Source: Reclinomonas americana ATCC 50394 (lineage: Eukaryota). From it: a stretch of 64,000 nt of DNA. How positions within the stretch are numbered: the first letter of the stretch is position 1; every line of letters begins with the position of its first letter. The DNA lies in assembly GCA_048213135.1 (NCBI GenBank), contig PS015063.1, positions 44,281 to 108,280 of the forward strand. Reading direction: 5' to 3'. This document shows positions 34,940 to 48,040 of the stretch, piece by piece. The position numbers and the translations under genes are program-made. Below the pieces are notes generated by a model. The model did no database searches. It worked only from the letters and a program-made list of their open reading frames with translations, and was not told the DNA's origin.

Positions 34940-37900
34940 ATGTCATCGGCTGCGAATGGCGATAGCGATGAGGCGCAAGTGCTGCGACGCGCCCTGGAAC
35001 GACTGGTTGATCGACTGCATGTTGCGTGCATGATGATTAAGCAGTCTCACACCCTGTCCTCTCCTCATCATCTTATCTCCCTGTCATCTCCCTCTCTCTC
35101 TTCCCCCCACAGATCTCCCTTCCCCACCGCGGCGCACCCGCCGTGCCCGCGACCGTCGGCACCACCGTGTCGCGCGAAGTCTACGGTACCAACCACCCCG
35201 TCTTTTCCATCGCCCTCCTCCTCCCCCTCACCCTCCTCCACCACAGTGACCTCAACAGAGACCCTGTCGATATCGGTACGTTTTTTTACTTTGTCTCCCT
35301 TCTCCACCACGCCTCGCCTCACCCTTTCCCTTTTCCAGGAACTGGTGGCCGCCGCCGACGCCGCCACCGATGCACACACCTAGTTTCGTGACTTCCCACC
35401 TGCGCACGCACTCACACCCCACTGACACCCCTCCCCCCCGCAGCAATCTGGCCTCAGTGCTGTCGCCCAAGCGCTCCCCGCCCTCCCGCAGCGTCGCGCG
35501 AGATCTCGCTGTTGGTTCACCGCCTTCTGCGGCCTCGGCATTGTCGCCAACAGCCGGCAGCGAGGTGTCGGACGTCTCCAGTGAGGAGTTTGGCTTGCTG
35601 CAAGAGGAGCGCGAGCGACTGGTGCGCGAGCGCGTGCGTCTGGCGGAGACACTGGAGAAGGTTGGTGCTGTCTCCTCTTTCTCTACTTCCCCTCATCCCC
35701 TTCCCCTCATCACCCTTCCCCCCCCCCCCNNNNNNNNNNNNNNNNNNNNNNNNNNNNNNNNNNNNNNNNNNNNNNNNNNNNNNNNNNNNNNNNNNNNNNN
35801 NNNNNNNNNNNNNNNNNNNNNNNNNNNNNNNNNNNNNNNNNNNNNNNNNNNNNNNNNNNNNNNNNNNNNNNNNNNNNNNNNNNNNNNNNNNNNNNNNNNN
35901 NNNNNNNNNNNNNNNNNNNNNNNNNNNNNNNNNNNNNNNNNNNNNNNNNNNNNNNNNNNNNNNNNNNNNNNNNNNNNNNNNNNNNNNNNNNNNNNNNNNN
36001 NNNNNNNNNNNNNNNNNNNNNNNNNNNNNNNNNNNNNNNNAGGCGCGCCTCACCAAGACGACGCAGTCGCTGGAGGTGATCACCGCCGAGCGCAGCCTGT
36101 ACGAGACACAGGCTCAGCTGGCGCAGGAGAAGTTGGTGGAGATGGAGAAGCGCATCGGCACGCTGACGAACGAGTTGGAGGTGTTGAAGGACGACGATAC
36201 GCAGCTGCGCGCCGAGCTGGAGCGGTCGCGCACCTCTGCCGACATGGCGAATGAGTTGTTGACGCAGGCGAAGCGGCAGGCCGAGGAGGAGTTGCATGCG
36301 GAGCGTGAGTTGCGGCGCACGGAGCGCGACGAGCTGGTGCAGCACTGCCGCACGCTGGAGCAGTCGCTGGTCGTGGTGCAGGGGGAGCGCGATCTGGCCA
36401 TCAAGTGCGCTCAGCGACCGGCCGCCGACGACGAGTACGTGGCGGTGCTGAAGGGCGACGTGGTACAGCGCGCCGCCGAGCTGCAGCGGCGCACCGACGA
36501 GGTGGAGGAGTTGCGCGGGCAGGTGTCGTCGCTGCGCATCGAGCGTGACGAGTTGCTGGCGCAGCGCGACGTGTTGAATGGAAGGCGTACCAACGACGCG
36601 CAACTGTTGCGCTCCGTGCGCGAGGAGCTGGCGGTGGCGAACGAGCAAGTGGNNNNNNNNNNNNNNNNNNNNCCACTCTCACGCAGCAGCTGGCCGAGGC
36701 GCAGCTGGCCGTGCAGCGCGCCAAAATCTCCACTGGCGAGGAGCTCAGCTCGGCGCAAGAAGAGGCCGCGGCCGCCGCTGCACGTGTGGCGCGCCTCGAG
36801 GCGCAGCTTGACGACGCGCTCAAGGCCAACAGCGGACTGGCAGCGGAGCGTGCGCAGGCCGCTGCCGAGGTGGCGCGAGTGNNNNNNNNNNNNNNNNNNN
36901 NNNNNNNNNNNNNNNNNNNNNNNNNNNNNNNNTACGCGTTGCTGCGCGAGGCGGAGGCGGAGCGTGAACGCGTGTCGCTGGAGCGCGCGACGGCAGTGCG
37001 TGCGCTGGAGGGCAGTCTGTCGGAGGCACGACTGGAGGTGGCCACCTTGCAGGAGCAGTTGGCTGCTGTGCAGGCGCGGCTGGAGGCTGTGAGTGCCGAG
37101 GCGCAGGCCGCCAAGGATGAAGTGCGTGTGGCAAATGAGTTGCCTACTGTTTCGACATTTTGGAGCTTACTCATATTCTTTTTTCGAAACTGGCATAGTG
37201 TGAAGGACTGCGCGCGCGACTGGAAGAGCAGCGCCGGCAGCTGAGCGAGCAAGTGTCTGTGCTCACCGAGGAATGCGGTCTGCTGCAAGTCAATGTGCGC
37301 AGCGTGCACACGCGCAACGAGCAACTCGAGCGCGACAAGTTGGCACTGGATGCCATGATCCGCGACCTGCAGCGACAGCTGTTCGAGGTCACGGTGGAGC
37401 GCGACGACTTGCGCAATCGACTGGCCGCCGCCGCCACAGGCGAGCATGCGGTGCGCGCCGAGTTGGAGGATCTCGTGTCGCAGTGGACCGTGTTGCTGGA
37501 GGAGCACACGTTGCTCATTCACACGGAGGAGACCACGCGCACGACGCTGACGCAAGTGACGGCGGATCTCGAGGCTCTCCGCCGCGACTTGGCGGCGCTG
37601 GAGAGCGAGAATGCGGACATGCGCGCACGCCTGGCCAAGTGCATGTGTCAGGGTCGCGATCTGGTGGCCTCGATTGCCGTCGATGTGTGGATGCCGTCGC
37701 ACGTCAAGCATCGCATCCGCGGCCTGAAATGTTGCGCCCTTTTGTGTGAGGAAAGGAAAGTGCTGACAATGATGGTTCCTTCTCACGCGCGATCTTGATT
37801 GGTGAGCAGTGCTGGACTCGCTGCGATCGCTAAAGGAACGCGCCTGCGAGCAAGAGCAGTTGTCGGCCTCGTTCGCGACGCACTTGCGGCTGACCACGGC

Positions 37901-40900
37901 GGCCAATGGCGAAAGCGCGCCGGCCGATGCGGCGATTGTTTCGGCCAACGATGTTGATGAGCAAGAAAAGGACAGCAAGACGTTGATGGCGCTGGGCATC
38001 GACAATGGCGGAGCCGTGCACATGGTACGGAGAGTCACGAAGGGTGGCAAGTCGTTCTGTGTGTTCAATCTCAAGTTTTGATGTGCTGCTCAGCGCTGGA
38101 AGTCACTGTTGGTGGCCATGACAACGTGGACGGGCAAGAACGTCATTCTGCAAATCACTCGTTGCGCCTTGTCGTTGTCATTGCTGTCAACTCCTTTATC
38201 GACTCATCACGCTCCTCCGCAGCCTACACTCGTGTTGGCGAGCTGCAACACCGTGCCGTGCAAGAGGAGGGCCTTCCCGATTCGCACGCCAAAAACGTCC
38301 GTCTGCGCTGTGGCGACTCGCCGCTCTCCAAGGACCCCGACACCCTCCTCGGCGTGCTCGGACCGCTCTTTGGACAGGATTTGGCGGCGGTGCGATGCAC
38401 TTCTTTTCCTCGCCTTCTCTCTCGCTTTCTTGTCACATCGACTGACGTCTAGTGGCACTTGCAGTCGCTGGTCGAGGGTGCCGGCAAGCGCCACGAGAAA
38501 CTCGAGTCGGCGCCAGTGGTCAGCGTCACCACGCCGCTGAAGCCGGTGGCGCAGAGTTATTTGGACAATGTCGGTGTGGCCGACGCTGGCGAGGGACTCG
38601 ACCAAGTCAACGTGCCCGCTCCAGTGGCGGTGCAGTTGCCGAAGCACAGTCCCTACCACTTCCGCATCCGGTCCAAGAAGGCGCGCCGCCCCAACACGCC
38701 AGTCACCAACAACCTCGTTGCGTTGGAAACGAGGAAGGCGCTCTTTTCGTTGGTCGCCGAGACTCACTCATCGCGTGCGCAGTATCCGCTGGACCCCAAC
38801 TTCCGCGTGGAGCTGGTGAGCACAGTGATGACGGCCACCATGTATGACTTTTGCGGCAGCGTGAGCGTGATGCAGCGCTTTGTCAATCGCGGTACCGTGG
38901 CCGGTGGACGCTACCAGTACATTTTCCCGCGTCTCTCGCAGAGCATGACGCTCTGCCAGTTCACCCTGTTCGTCAACGATGCGGAGATGCAGACGACTGT
39001 GGAGCGCCAGTGCCAGCCGTGCGACGAGTTCGACAATGCGCCACCGTGCACCGAGATGGCCTCACTCATCACCAATCTCGACCAGGAGGTGTTGCTCATT
39101 GACTTGGGTGCACTGGAGCAGAACGATGAAGTTGCGCGAGAATGGTCGGGCGTGAAGAGGGGTGTTTGGTTGCTGACACGGCGGTGGTGATGGTGGTGGT
39201 GCGCAGGTCGAGGTGCAATTCACATTCACGATCGTGGCCTCGTACGATCTCAACTCGCAGTCCATGGTTCTTGCCGTGCCGCTGTCGCCGTTTGCGCCTT
39301 CTCGCTGGTTTGTATTTCACAAGTCTCCGAGATGTCGTGCCGCTCATCTCTCTTGTTGCAGGGGCGAGGCCGAGGATCTCCTCGATGTCATCTGGCACTC
39401 GACGCCCAGCATTGCGTCGGTGCAGTCGCCGACACATGCGCTCAAGTTGGACGTGCAGGAACATGAGGTGGCTGCTGCCGTTGCATGCTGTCTTCTTCAA
39501 CTCTTCCCTCACTTTTTTTATGTTGAAGACATTTGCGATTGGCGTCGGAGGCGAACCCGCACAGTCGTGGTTCGTGCTGGCCATGTGTGTGCCAGCGATT
39601 CCTTTCCCGCTGGTGACTGTCACTCGGCACCCGAACATTGCCGATCGTGACCGTCGTGCCAACACGCTCTGCGTGGCGCTCGGTGCGAGGAAGCGTCCTG
39701 TGCTTTTGTTCTCTTTCTAGATTACTGCTAACTGCTCGTTTCGTGTGCAGTCCCGCCCCCGGAGCTGGCGCCGACGGAAATCAATCAAGAGTTCATTTTC
39801 ATTGTCGACTGCAGTGGTTCGATGGAGGGCAAGCGCATTGCGTCTGCGCGCAAATCGCTGCTGCTGTTCATTCAGAGTCTGCTTCCCGACGTCCCATTCA
39901 ACATTGTCAAGTTGCGTTGTGTGTTACGGAGTGTGCGGTCATGTATCATCTGAGCACTCATGCAAATGCGCGCGTGTGCGCAGGTTCGGCACCAACTTGC
40001 AGTTCTTGTGGCCCGAGTCGCGCCGCAACTCGGAGGAGAACATCCAGCAGGCCCGCGATTTTGTGAAGCGCTTGCAGGCCGACATGATGGGCACGCATTT
40101 GGCGCCTGTGCTGCAGCGGATTGTTGCCACTCCGGTTCGCTAGCGCCACTGTGCCTATCTGTGTGACGTGTTGGTTGTTTACCATTGTTGTCTTGCGCCT
40201 CTCGCAGGTGGCTCCTGCGTATAGCCGCTCCGTGTTCCTGCTCACCGACGGTCTGGTGAAGAACAAGAGCGAATGCCTCGATCTCGGTGCGTGTTGTTCG
40301 CGAGTCCTCGCATTCCTGTGCGAGGTGCTGTATTCTCACCCGACTCTCGCTGCAGCTCGCCAGTCGGTGCCGTCCACCCGCATCTTCTCTGTCGGCATTG
40401 GCGAGGAGGTCGATACGCATTTGGTGGTGGAAATGGTGCGTTTGCTCGTAGGTCGCTGCTTTCCGAGCATCATTTTGTCCTGACGAGTCCGCTTGCAGTC
40501 GCGCTTGACGAGCGGACAGCATTGCTTTGTGGATCTCGACGACGACGACACGGACGTTCTCGTCAACGTGATCCTGCGTCAACTCTCGGGTTTCGTGTGC
40601 TCATCTAGCTTCCCATATGGTGTCGTTCTCCTTGCTCATGAGGTGTCGATGCGCAGCCGCCCAGGTGTCGAGTCTGGTCAACGTGTCTGTGGAGTTCAGC
40701 TCGAATCGTGTGCAGCCGCACTTTACTGCCGCGCCTCCGCTCTACGTGGGCTCCGTTACTCTCCTCTTTGCCTCGAGCTTCATCATGAGCGAGCCGGCAC
40801 GTGTGTCGGTGCACTTTGACAGCGGTGGGTTGGAGAGGTGGTTTTCCTTCACGGCGGTTTCGATTCTCACTATAATTGTGCAGGTGGTGTGGCCCATCGC

Positions 40901-42025
40901 GCGGACTGCCGTGTGTCGCTGCTCGACGCCAAAGCCCTCGATCATCAGCACTACCTCAGCGCACAGCAGCGCGTGCGCGATCTGGAGACGGCTGGAGCGT
41001 GAGTCATGAGTCGATCGTGTGTCATCCCAACTCGCATCGCTGATCACTGTTCCGTTGACAGGTCGCCCGAAGAAGTGCTCGCCTGGGCCTTCCCCTTCTC
41101 CATCCCGTCGTCGCAGACGTGCCTGGTGGTGGCACCTGTTCGGGCGCAAGCTGGTTTGTTGTGATGATGGCAGTGTTACGTGCGCTATTTCAATGACAAA
41201 TATCGTGTGCAGATCTCTCGATGAAGCGCTCCGTTCTGCTCAAGTCTGTTGTCGAATGCGATAAGCGGTGCGCGTGTGTGCTTTCTCTTCAGTGTCGGAT
41301 AGCTGCAGCGCTCATTCTTTCGTGACCACGCAGCTCGAAGAAGCGTACCGTTCCGCAAGCCGTGCAGCAAGCTGCCTCTCCTCTGTCGGTTCGTCCGTCA
41401 CACTGGGAGAGTGAGAGAGAGAGAGCGTGCACGCACATAAGCATGACAGAAAGTGCTCCGTATCGTGTCAACTCACAACCCTTGTTCCTCCTATTGGTTA
41501 CAGTCTGCTGCAATTGCCCGCCGCGCTGCAGAAACCAGCGCCCCGGTGCCAGCAGAGAGCTCCTCGGAGAACCTCTTGAATCGCTTGCTCAGCGGTCAGA
41601 GTGTGCAGGGTCTGTGGACAGATCGGTCGGCCTTGTTGGCGTTGCTGCCGCAGAGGAGCGAGCAAGAGGTGCTGTGTGGTGTTCACAGTGCATTGTCGGA
41701 GCAGTTGGGTTGCTCATTCATTCTTGCAGCTCGTTTCCATGGGCTTGGAGGCTGGCGTGACGCACGCCGGAGTCTGGTTCACGTGCCTGGCCATGGCGGT
41801 CCTCGAGGTGAGTGCCGATCATGGCAGTGGTGATCGTGCATTGTTGACACTCACTGCACTTGTCGATAGTCCCACTTTGTGGAGCAATACAACTCGTGGA
41901 AGCTGATTGCCAACAAGAGTGCGCGTGAGGTGGCCCGTATTGTGGGCTCACGTCGCGCGCTGCTCGACGCCATGCACGCGGCCCGACAGGCGGTGCTCGT
42001 GGCATCGGTGCACTCCGAGTACTGA
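34940..42025 (+). CDS. Coiled-coil + two ubiquitin-like domains + VIT + vWA protein (VWA5A-like core)
   Basis: Long heptad-rich region at 35600-37640 and Ubl-like segments at 37670-38390. VIT: TATMYDFCGSVSVMQRFVN...YQYIFP. vWA: EFIFIVDCSGSMEGKRI...FNIVKFG...VFLLTDG...RIFSVGIG. TGA at 42023-42025. Confidence 0.85.
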
Positions 42026-42029
42026 TCAC

Positions 42030-42720
42030 GGAAAAGGAGAGGGAGAGAGCGAGAGAGAGGAAAGGAGAGATAGATGGATTTTTATGTGCACGCGATTCAT
42101 TTTGAGTGATTCGTCGTCATTGTATTTACTGCGCAAGGAGAGGGGAGAGAGAGAGATGTGTGATTATTATGTGCACGTGATTCAGTTACGTGAATGGTTG
42201 CCGGGGATGGAAAGGAGAGAGAGAGAGAAGGATGCCGCATACGTGCACGTGATGCGTTGTGATTCGTTGTCATTGTACACGGGGACACATTGATCGGGGA
42301 AAGGGAGGCGGAAGACTTTGACAGGTGATTTTAATGTGAAGGCAATGCACTGTGATTCGTCGTCGACATGCTGATCATGGAAAGTGAGAAGGGGAGACTG
42401 ACCAGGGAAGGGAGGCGGAAGACATTGACAGGTGATTTTAATGTGTATGCGATTCACTGTGATTCATCGTCGACATGCCGGTCACGGAAAGGAAAAGGGG
42501 AGAGAGATAGATGCGAATAGATGAGGTTTAATGCGCGCGTGGGTCGTGAGTGTGCTTGGTAGCAGGGGACAGAAACGAGAGAGAAGCAGATGGGCGAATG
42601 TCATTTGCGCGCACGCATGCACTGTGATCGTTACGAGACACGCTGCTGATCAGGGGAATGAGAGGGAGAGAGAGAGAAGCTGGATGACAAAGTGCACACG
42701 ATTCATTTGTGTAATTTTGC
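42030..42720. repeat. Degenerate direct repeats between convergent 3' ends
   Basis: The block gggaggcggaagac.ttgacaggtgattttaatgtg occurs twice (about 42303 and 42410), and tgattcgtcgtc variants recur. Confidence 0.65.
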
Positions 42721-42756
42721 ACTAAACACATGTACCTTGGTGGATTCTCCTGGCTG

Positions 42757-45700
42757 CTACGGAGCGATCCAGCCGGCGAACTTGGCGACATAATACGGCA
42801 ACAACCAGGCTGCGGGAGTCACCTTGTCGCCACCGCTGCCCTGCTGCAACTCGCGCGACGAGCAGTTCCACCACAGACAGCCGCGCTCGTCCGGATAGAA
42901 GCCCGTCTCGCTGGCGGGTGAGTCCTCGCGGTATTTGAACGGATCCGGCACAAAGTCGATGCGCTTCGAGTTGTCGGTGCTCCAAGAGACCAGCGACATA
43001 CTCCAGCGGCTGTTTGGGAAAGGGGAGAAGTCGGCAAGGGGAAAGGAGTTGGCATAGGAGACATGAAGAAGAGGGAAGTGGGAGGAAGACAGCGAACGAG
43101 TGCGTGAAGCATCAGAGAGGGGGGGAGAGAGAGAGAGGAGGGAGCGATAGAGTGTATGTGACACGAGGCAGCATCAGAGAGGGAGACAGGGCGAATGAAT
43201 GAGAGAGAGAGAGAGACAGACAGACAGTCAGACAGAAAGAAAGAAAGAAAGAGTGACAGAAAGAAGAACGAGAGAAAGAAAGAGCAAGAAAGAGAACAAG
43301 AAAGTGAGCAAGGAATAGGGAAAGAAAAAGAGAAAGAGAGATAGAGAGACAGACAGCAAGTCACACACTCAGAAAGGGAGCGAGTGAGACGCGGAGAGAA
43401 AGAGAGAGACAGACAAACAGTAAGAAAATGAGAAAAGAGACAGAAAGAAGAACGAGAAAAACAAAGAGAACAAGAAAGTGAGCAAGGAATAGAGAAGGAG
43501 AGAGAAAGAAAGAGAGACAGAAAGTGAACGAGGGAATGAAAGACAGAGACAGAGAAATAGAACAGAGTAAGGGAGATAAAGGAAGTGACGGATACACTTG
43601 TACTCTTTCTCATTCAGTCTCTCTCTCCCTCTCTGGTGTGTTGAGAAAGTTGCAAAAAACAACTTTGTTCTCTCACAGTGAGAGCCTTGCATACGTTGTG
43701 CTGCATAACACAGCGACACAATGGAAAGCGAGAGCCACAGAAAACCGCATGAGAGAGCAGCTCCCAGATGTCGAGCGAAACGTGCAGCAGCAGATGTCGA
43801 GTGAAACATGCATGTGGCAGGAGCAAAGAGACAAACAGGGAGTTATTAAGAGCATGGAAAGCACGAACGCAGAGCAACCCACACTCTCCCACCATTGCCA
43901 CCGCTCTTCCCTGCTTCCCTGACCGCCACTTACCGCAACAAATGAACCGAGTAGCGCACGGCGCGATCCATGACCGTGGCGTCGGGAACTGCCCCAGCCC
44001 GCTGCAGCAGCATGTACGTCATCAGAGTCCACAGCGACTGGCGCTCGTCGCGAATGATTGCCAGCGAGCGAATCATGCCGAGCAAATATGTCTGCGACAC
44101 AAAAGGGATAGTGAGCACGTCACAGACTGTCTGCCGCAGACTGCTCATCGACTCACCGACTGGGCATCGTTGGGAGCATTGTCTGTGCGAGCACTCAAAT
44201 CTCAACACAGTGATATTGCGCGCGTGCCACTTCATAGTTTTCACGCAACTGGCGAATCCGAACACTGCCAGCGACAGCCATTCCAGCTCGTCGTCCGACG
44301 AATTCAAATCGCTCGGCATGGTGACGTGCACGTTGAGCATGTTGATGCCGTACTGATGCTGCGAGTACAGATTTTGGAAGGCGTCCTGCGTGCACCAGAA
44401 TGTCGTGAGAGGAAGGCGGCAACTGGAGAGCGGTGCAACAGGCCTCACCATGAATGTGGAGTTGCCGGTGAGTTTGTACGTCTCCAACAGGTAGCCCAAC
44501 ATCTGCAGTGAGTTCAAGCCGCGCTCGCTGTACCACTTTGGATCGCCTGCGACAGAGGTAAGTTGGTATCACAAAAAAATAGAGAAGCACAGTGGCGCAT
44601 ACCGTTCATGTCGTTCGGGTTCCAAACGCCCCATTCAGTGTGCTTGCCAGTGACATCTGTGCACATTGTAAGCAACTCACAAGCACGTGCGCGCGGGCCA
44701 ATACTATCGGCAAACCAATCAGATAGTACTGCGCACAAAAGCGGGGGTGAGACGCCTTCTGGCCACTTCACATTCGTACAAATTCTGCGACGCAACGTTG
44801 TTGCGGACAATGTATGTGATCATGTCGACAATGTGCTGACGAGCTGCATCGCGATCGGCGCTCGGCGTGGTGATCAGCTCGTAGTACATGACAGAACCGA
44901 AGATGTGACCGACCACCTGTTACACGAGTGTCTGTCAGTGACTGAACGATAAAGCGATTCAACCCGCAGCACACAGACCTCGTCCGTGCTGGCATCGCCC
45001 TTCCACATCCATCCGCTTTCCGCGGTGGAGTTGTGCCAGGTGGGTCCTGGGCCGCAGCCGGCATCGCCCACGTGGCAGAATGAACGCGCTGGGAGTCCGG
45101 TGACGCCCGTGATTGACACTGCGAGGCGGGTGTGAGGCAAGTAAAAGGCGGTGAGAGGGGAGATGAAGCGTCGACGAGAAAGGATATAGGAAACAAGAAG
45201 TGGGGATAACAAGAGTGTGATGCAATAGCAAGGGATGAACGGGCTGGGAGAGAGGGAAATCGTACGCACGGAGGCGATTGAGAGCGCGCATGGCGTTGGT
45301 GGCGCGCGTCAGGGCGTCGGCTCGCTCGCCAGCCGACGATGCCGTGGCGTACCTGTGATACGCAGTGAGGAAATGTCGCTAACAGATGTGGAGACGACTA
45401 TCGTACCGCATGGCCTCGGCAGCAATGTACAGCGATGTCCACTGCACGAAAGGAGAGAAGGGTAAGATGATGATTACAAGTAGAAGAGAAAATGTGCAAC
45501 GTAGTGCGACTCAACCAGTCCGTCGTTATCTGCGTGACAAGCAAGGTTACAAGAGCAGATTCAGTCACGAGCTAGGAGAGAAAAGATGCTCACCATTGGG
45601 GTCGGGGGTGCACGTCGACTCGACGCCCCACTTGGACAGCGAGCAGGGAGAAATGAGACCGTATCTGTGGATTCACAACGAGTGAGCACGAGGAACGGAA

Positions 45701-47742
45701 GCGAGTTGGAAGAAGTGGCTTCGCGCACCGTGCCACCAGCAGAGTCTCGTAGTGCGCGGCCTTTTGTGCCAGGGTCATCGACGAGAACGTGATTTGCGAC
45801 AGGCCAGTGGCCACAGCGACAAAGACATCGCTGAAAACACAGTCTGTGAGTTCGCATCATTCCCCATCCCTTACGTGAGAAAACAGCCACACTCACGTCG
45901 CCGAACTCGTCACCGACAGAACCGAATCGTTGGGCAGGTAGCGCGGACCCTGGAAGTAGTTCCAGCATGTGGTCGGCACATCGCTGAGCACCGGAGCCTC
46001 CACGTCGGCATCATCGATACCCGGCGCCAGATCGCCGTAGCAGTAGGTGGGGTCGACGTGCCACAACACGACGCCCATGTTTGTGCCCATGAACATGCCG
46101 TACGACTTGTTCCATGCCAGCGAGTTGATGTTGGCGTACGGCAGGCTGGCGGAGGGATGAGCAGGGAGAGAGAGCAAAGAGAGTAGAGACATAAACACAC
46201 ACCCGTTTTCACCACCGATGCGCTGGTAGTGCAAGTCGGGGTGCTGCACGCTGATGCTCCAGCTGTTCGCGATCCAGAGGCGACCGTTGCTGTCGAACTC
46301 TGTCGACGAGAAAATGAGAGAGAGAGAGAGAAGATAACAAAAACGCGGGCGGTGAACACACCAAGAGCAGTGACGGGTTGGTCGATCAGCGAGCCCACCC
46401 AGTCGTGGCGCCAGACCTGTGTGGTTAGAAAATGAGGGCAAAAAGGGCAACAGAAGGTAGAGCTCTCAGGAAAGCCTCCCCCAACAGGAGCGAGCGAGAG
46501 GGAGAACAGCACACCAGGAAAAAATAAAAGAGCCCTCTCCCGCCTCTCCCTATCTCACTTCCCCCATTCACGCAACATTCTGATCCACACTCCCAATGGT
46601 GCGCCACACAGCCTGCGACGATCCGGCCGCTAGCGTCCGCGTGGCCTCGTCAAACGCCACCGCAGTCACCGGCGGCGTGTAGGGCACGGCCGCCACTCGG
46701 TTCACCGAGAGCGTGTCAATGGAGGCGGCCATCAAACCCGCCCCGCACGCAATGTACGCCGTGCGCGACGACTCCGCCACCGCCACATCATTCACCGTGC
46801 CGAGACTGGCCGACTGGCACCGCGCCGACGACGCACTCGTGCCAGTGACCGTGCTCTGGCACACCTGTGTCGCAGAGGCGTACACCAGCGTGACCGAGGA
46901 GCCACCGCCGATCGACAGCAAAGCGATGCGTGAGGAGGCGTCCACCGACACGCCCATTTGTGTGTCGATGCGGGTGGCAGAGGACGAGCTGGTGGCTGTG
47001 GTGGGGAGGGAAAAAAAGGGAGAAGGAGGGAGAGAAAGGAAAAGGAGAGGGAGAGAAAGGGAATTGGAGAGGGAGGGAGGGGGAAAAGGAGAGGGAGGGA
47101 GGGGGAAAAGGAGAGGGAGGAAGGGGGAAAAGGAGAAGGAGAAGGTGGGAGGCGAGAGAGGGAAAAGAAGAGGAAAATGAAAGGAGAGAATGAGCCGGGG
47201 AGAGAGAGATCGAGAGAAGAAGAAGAGGAAAACGGCAGCAGGAGAAAACACAGAGGGAGGGATGAGACAGGCAGAGAATAGAGTCGCGGAAAGAAGAACG
47301 AAGGAACACAAGGGCATAATGAAGGTGAAGAGTATAGCGAGGGAGAGAGATGTGAGAGAAACAAGGAGAGAGATGGAAGAGGACACATAGAAGGATGAGA
47401 AAGAGGGAATAGGAAGAGGAAAGCATGGAGACAGAAGATAAAGAATGACAGAAAAAGAGACGGAGAAACAAAAAGAGAGGGAAGAGAAAGAAGACAGACA
47501 ATGAGTGGCGCATCGAGGAGCTTAGTGAGAGGGGAGGCAAAGCAGCGTACGCAACGCAGCACATAGATGCGCGATCGAGTGAGCAAGAAGAGCGAGGTGG
47601 AGGTGGAGGAGGCGACGACTTGTCGCGCATTGTCGCCGCCGAGATCGATCTGCGGCCAGTCGGCAGTCTGCGCCTGGAGGCCGATAAAGGTGGAGCGGGT
47701 GGCGGAGACTTGTTGGAAGGGCGTGTCGCGGATGGGAAGGGC
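42757..47742 (-). CDS. Uncharacterised beta-propeller + helical-barrel (glycoside-hydrolase-like) protein; 5' exon missing
   Basis: Spliced motifs IRDTPFQQV, WNYFQGPRYLPNDSVLSV, DNDGLWTSLYIAAEAMRY, ITGVTGLPARS, WMWKGDASTDEVVGH, DVTGKHTEWGVWNP, RGLNSLQML, NSSDDEL, PDER and WLLPYY. TAG at 42757. The fold assignment is inference. Confidence 0.7.
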
Positions 47743-48040
47743 TGGTCAGGGGAGGGGAGAAGGGTGAGAAGAANNNNNNNNNNNNNNNNNNNNAGTGAGT
47801 GAGTGAGTGAGTGAGTGAGTGAGTGTGTGTGTGTGTGAGAGAGAGAGAGTGAGTGAGAGAGAGAGAGAGAGAATGAGTGAATGAGTGAGTGAGTGAGGGA
47901 GGGAGTGATGAGTGAGTGAGTGAGTGAGACGCGAGATGAAAAAGAGTGGTGCTGCACTGCAGAATGCAGAGTATGTGAGAGAGAAAGAAGAGAACAACTC
48001 ACCCTTCCACTCTTTCTCTCTCTGTCTTCCCCTTCTGCAG

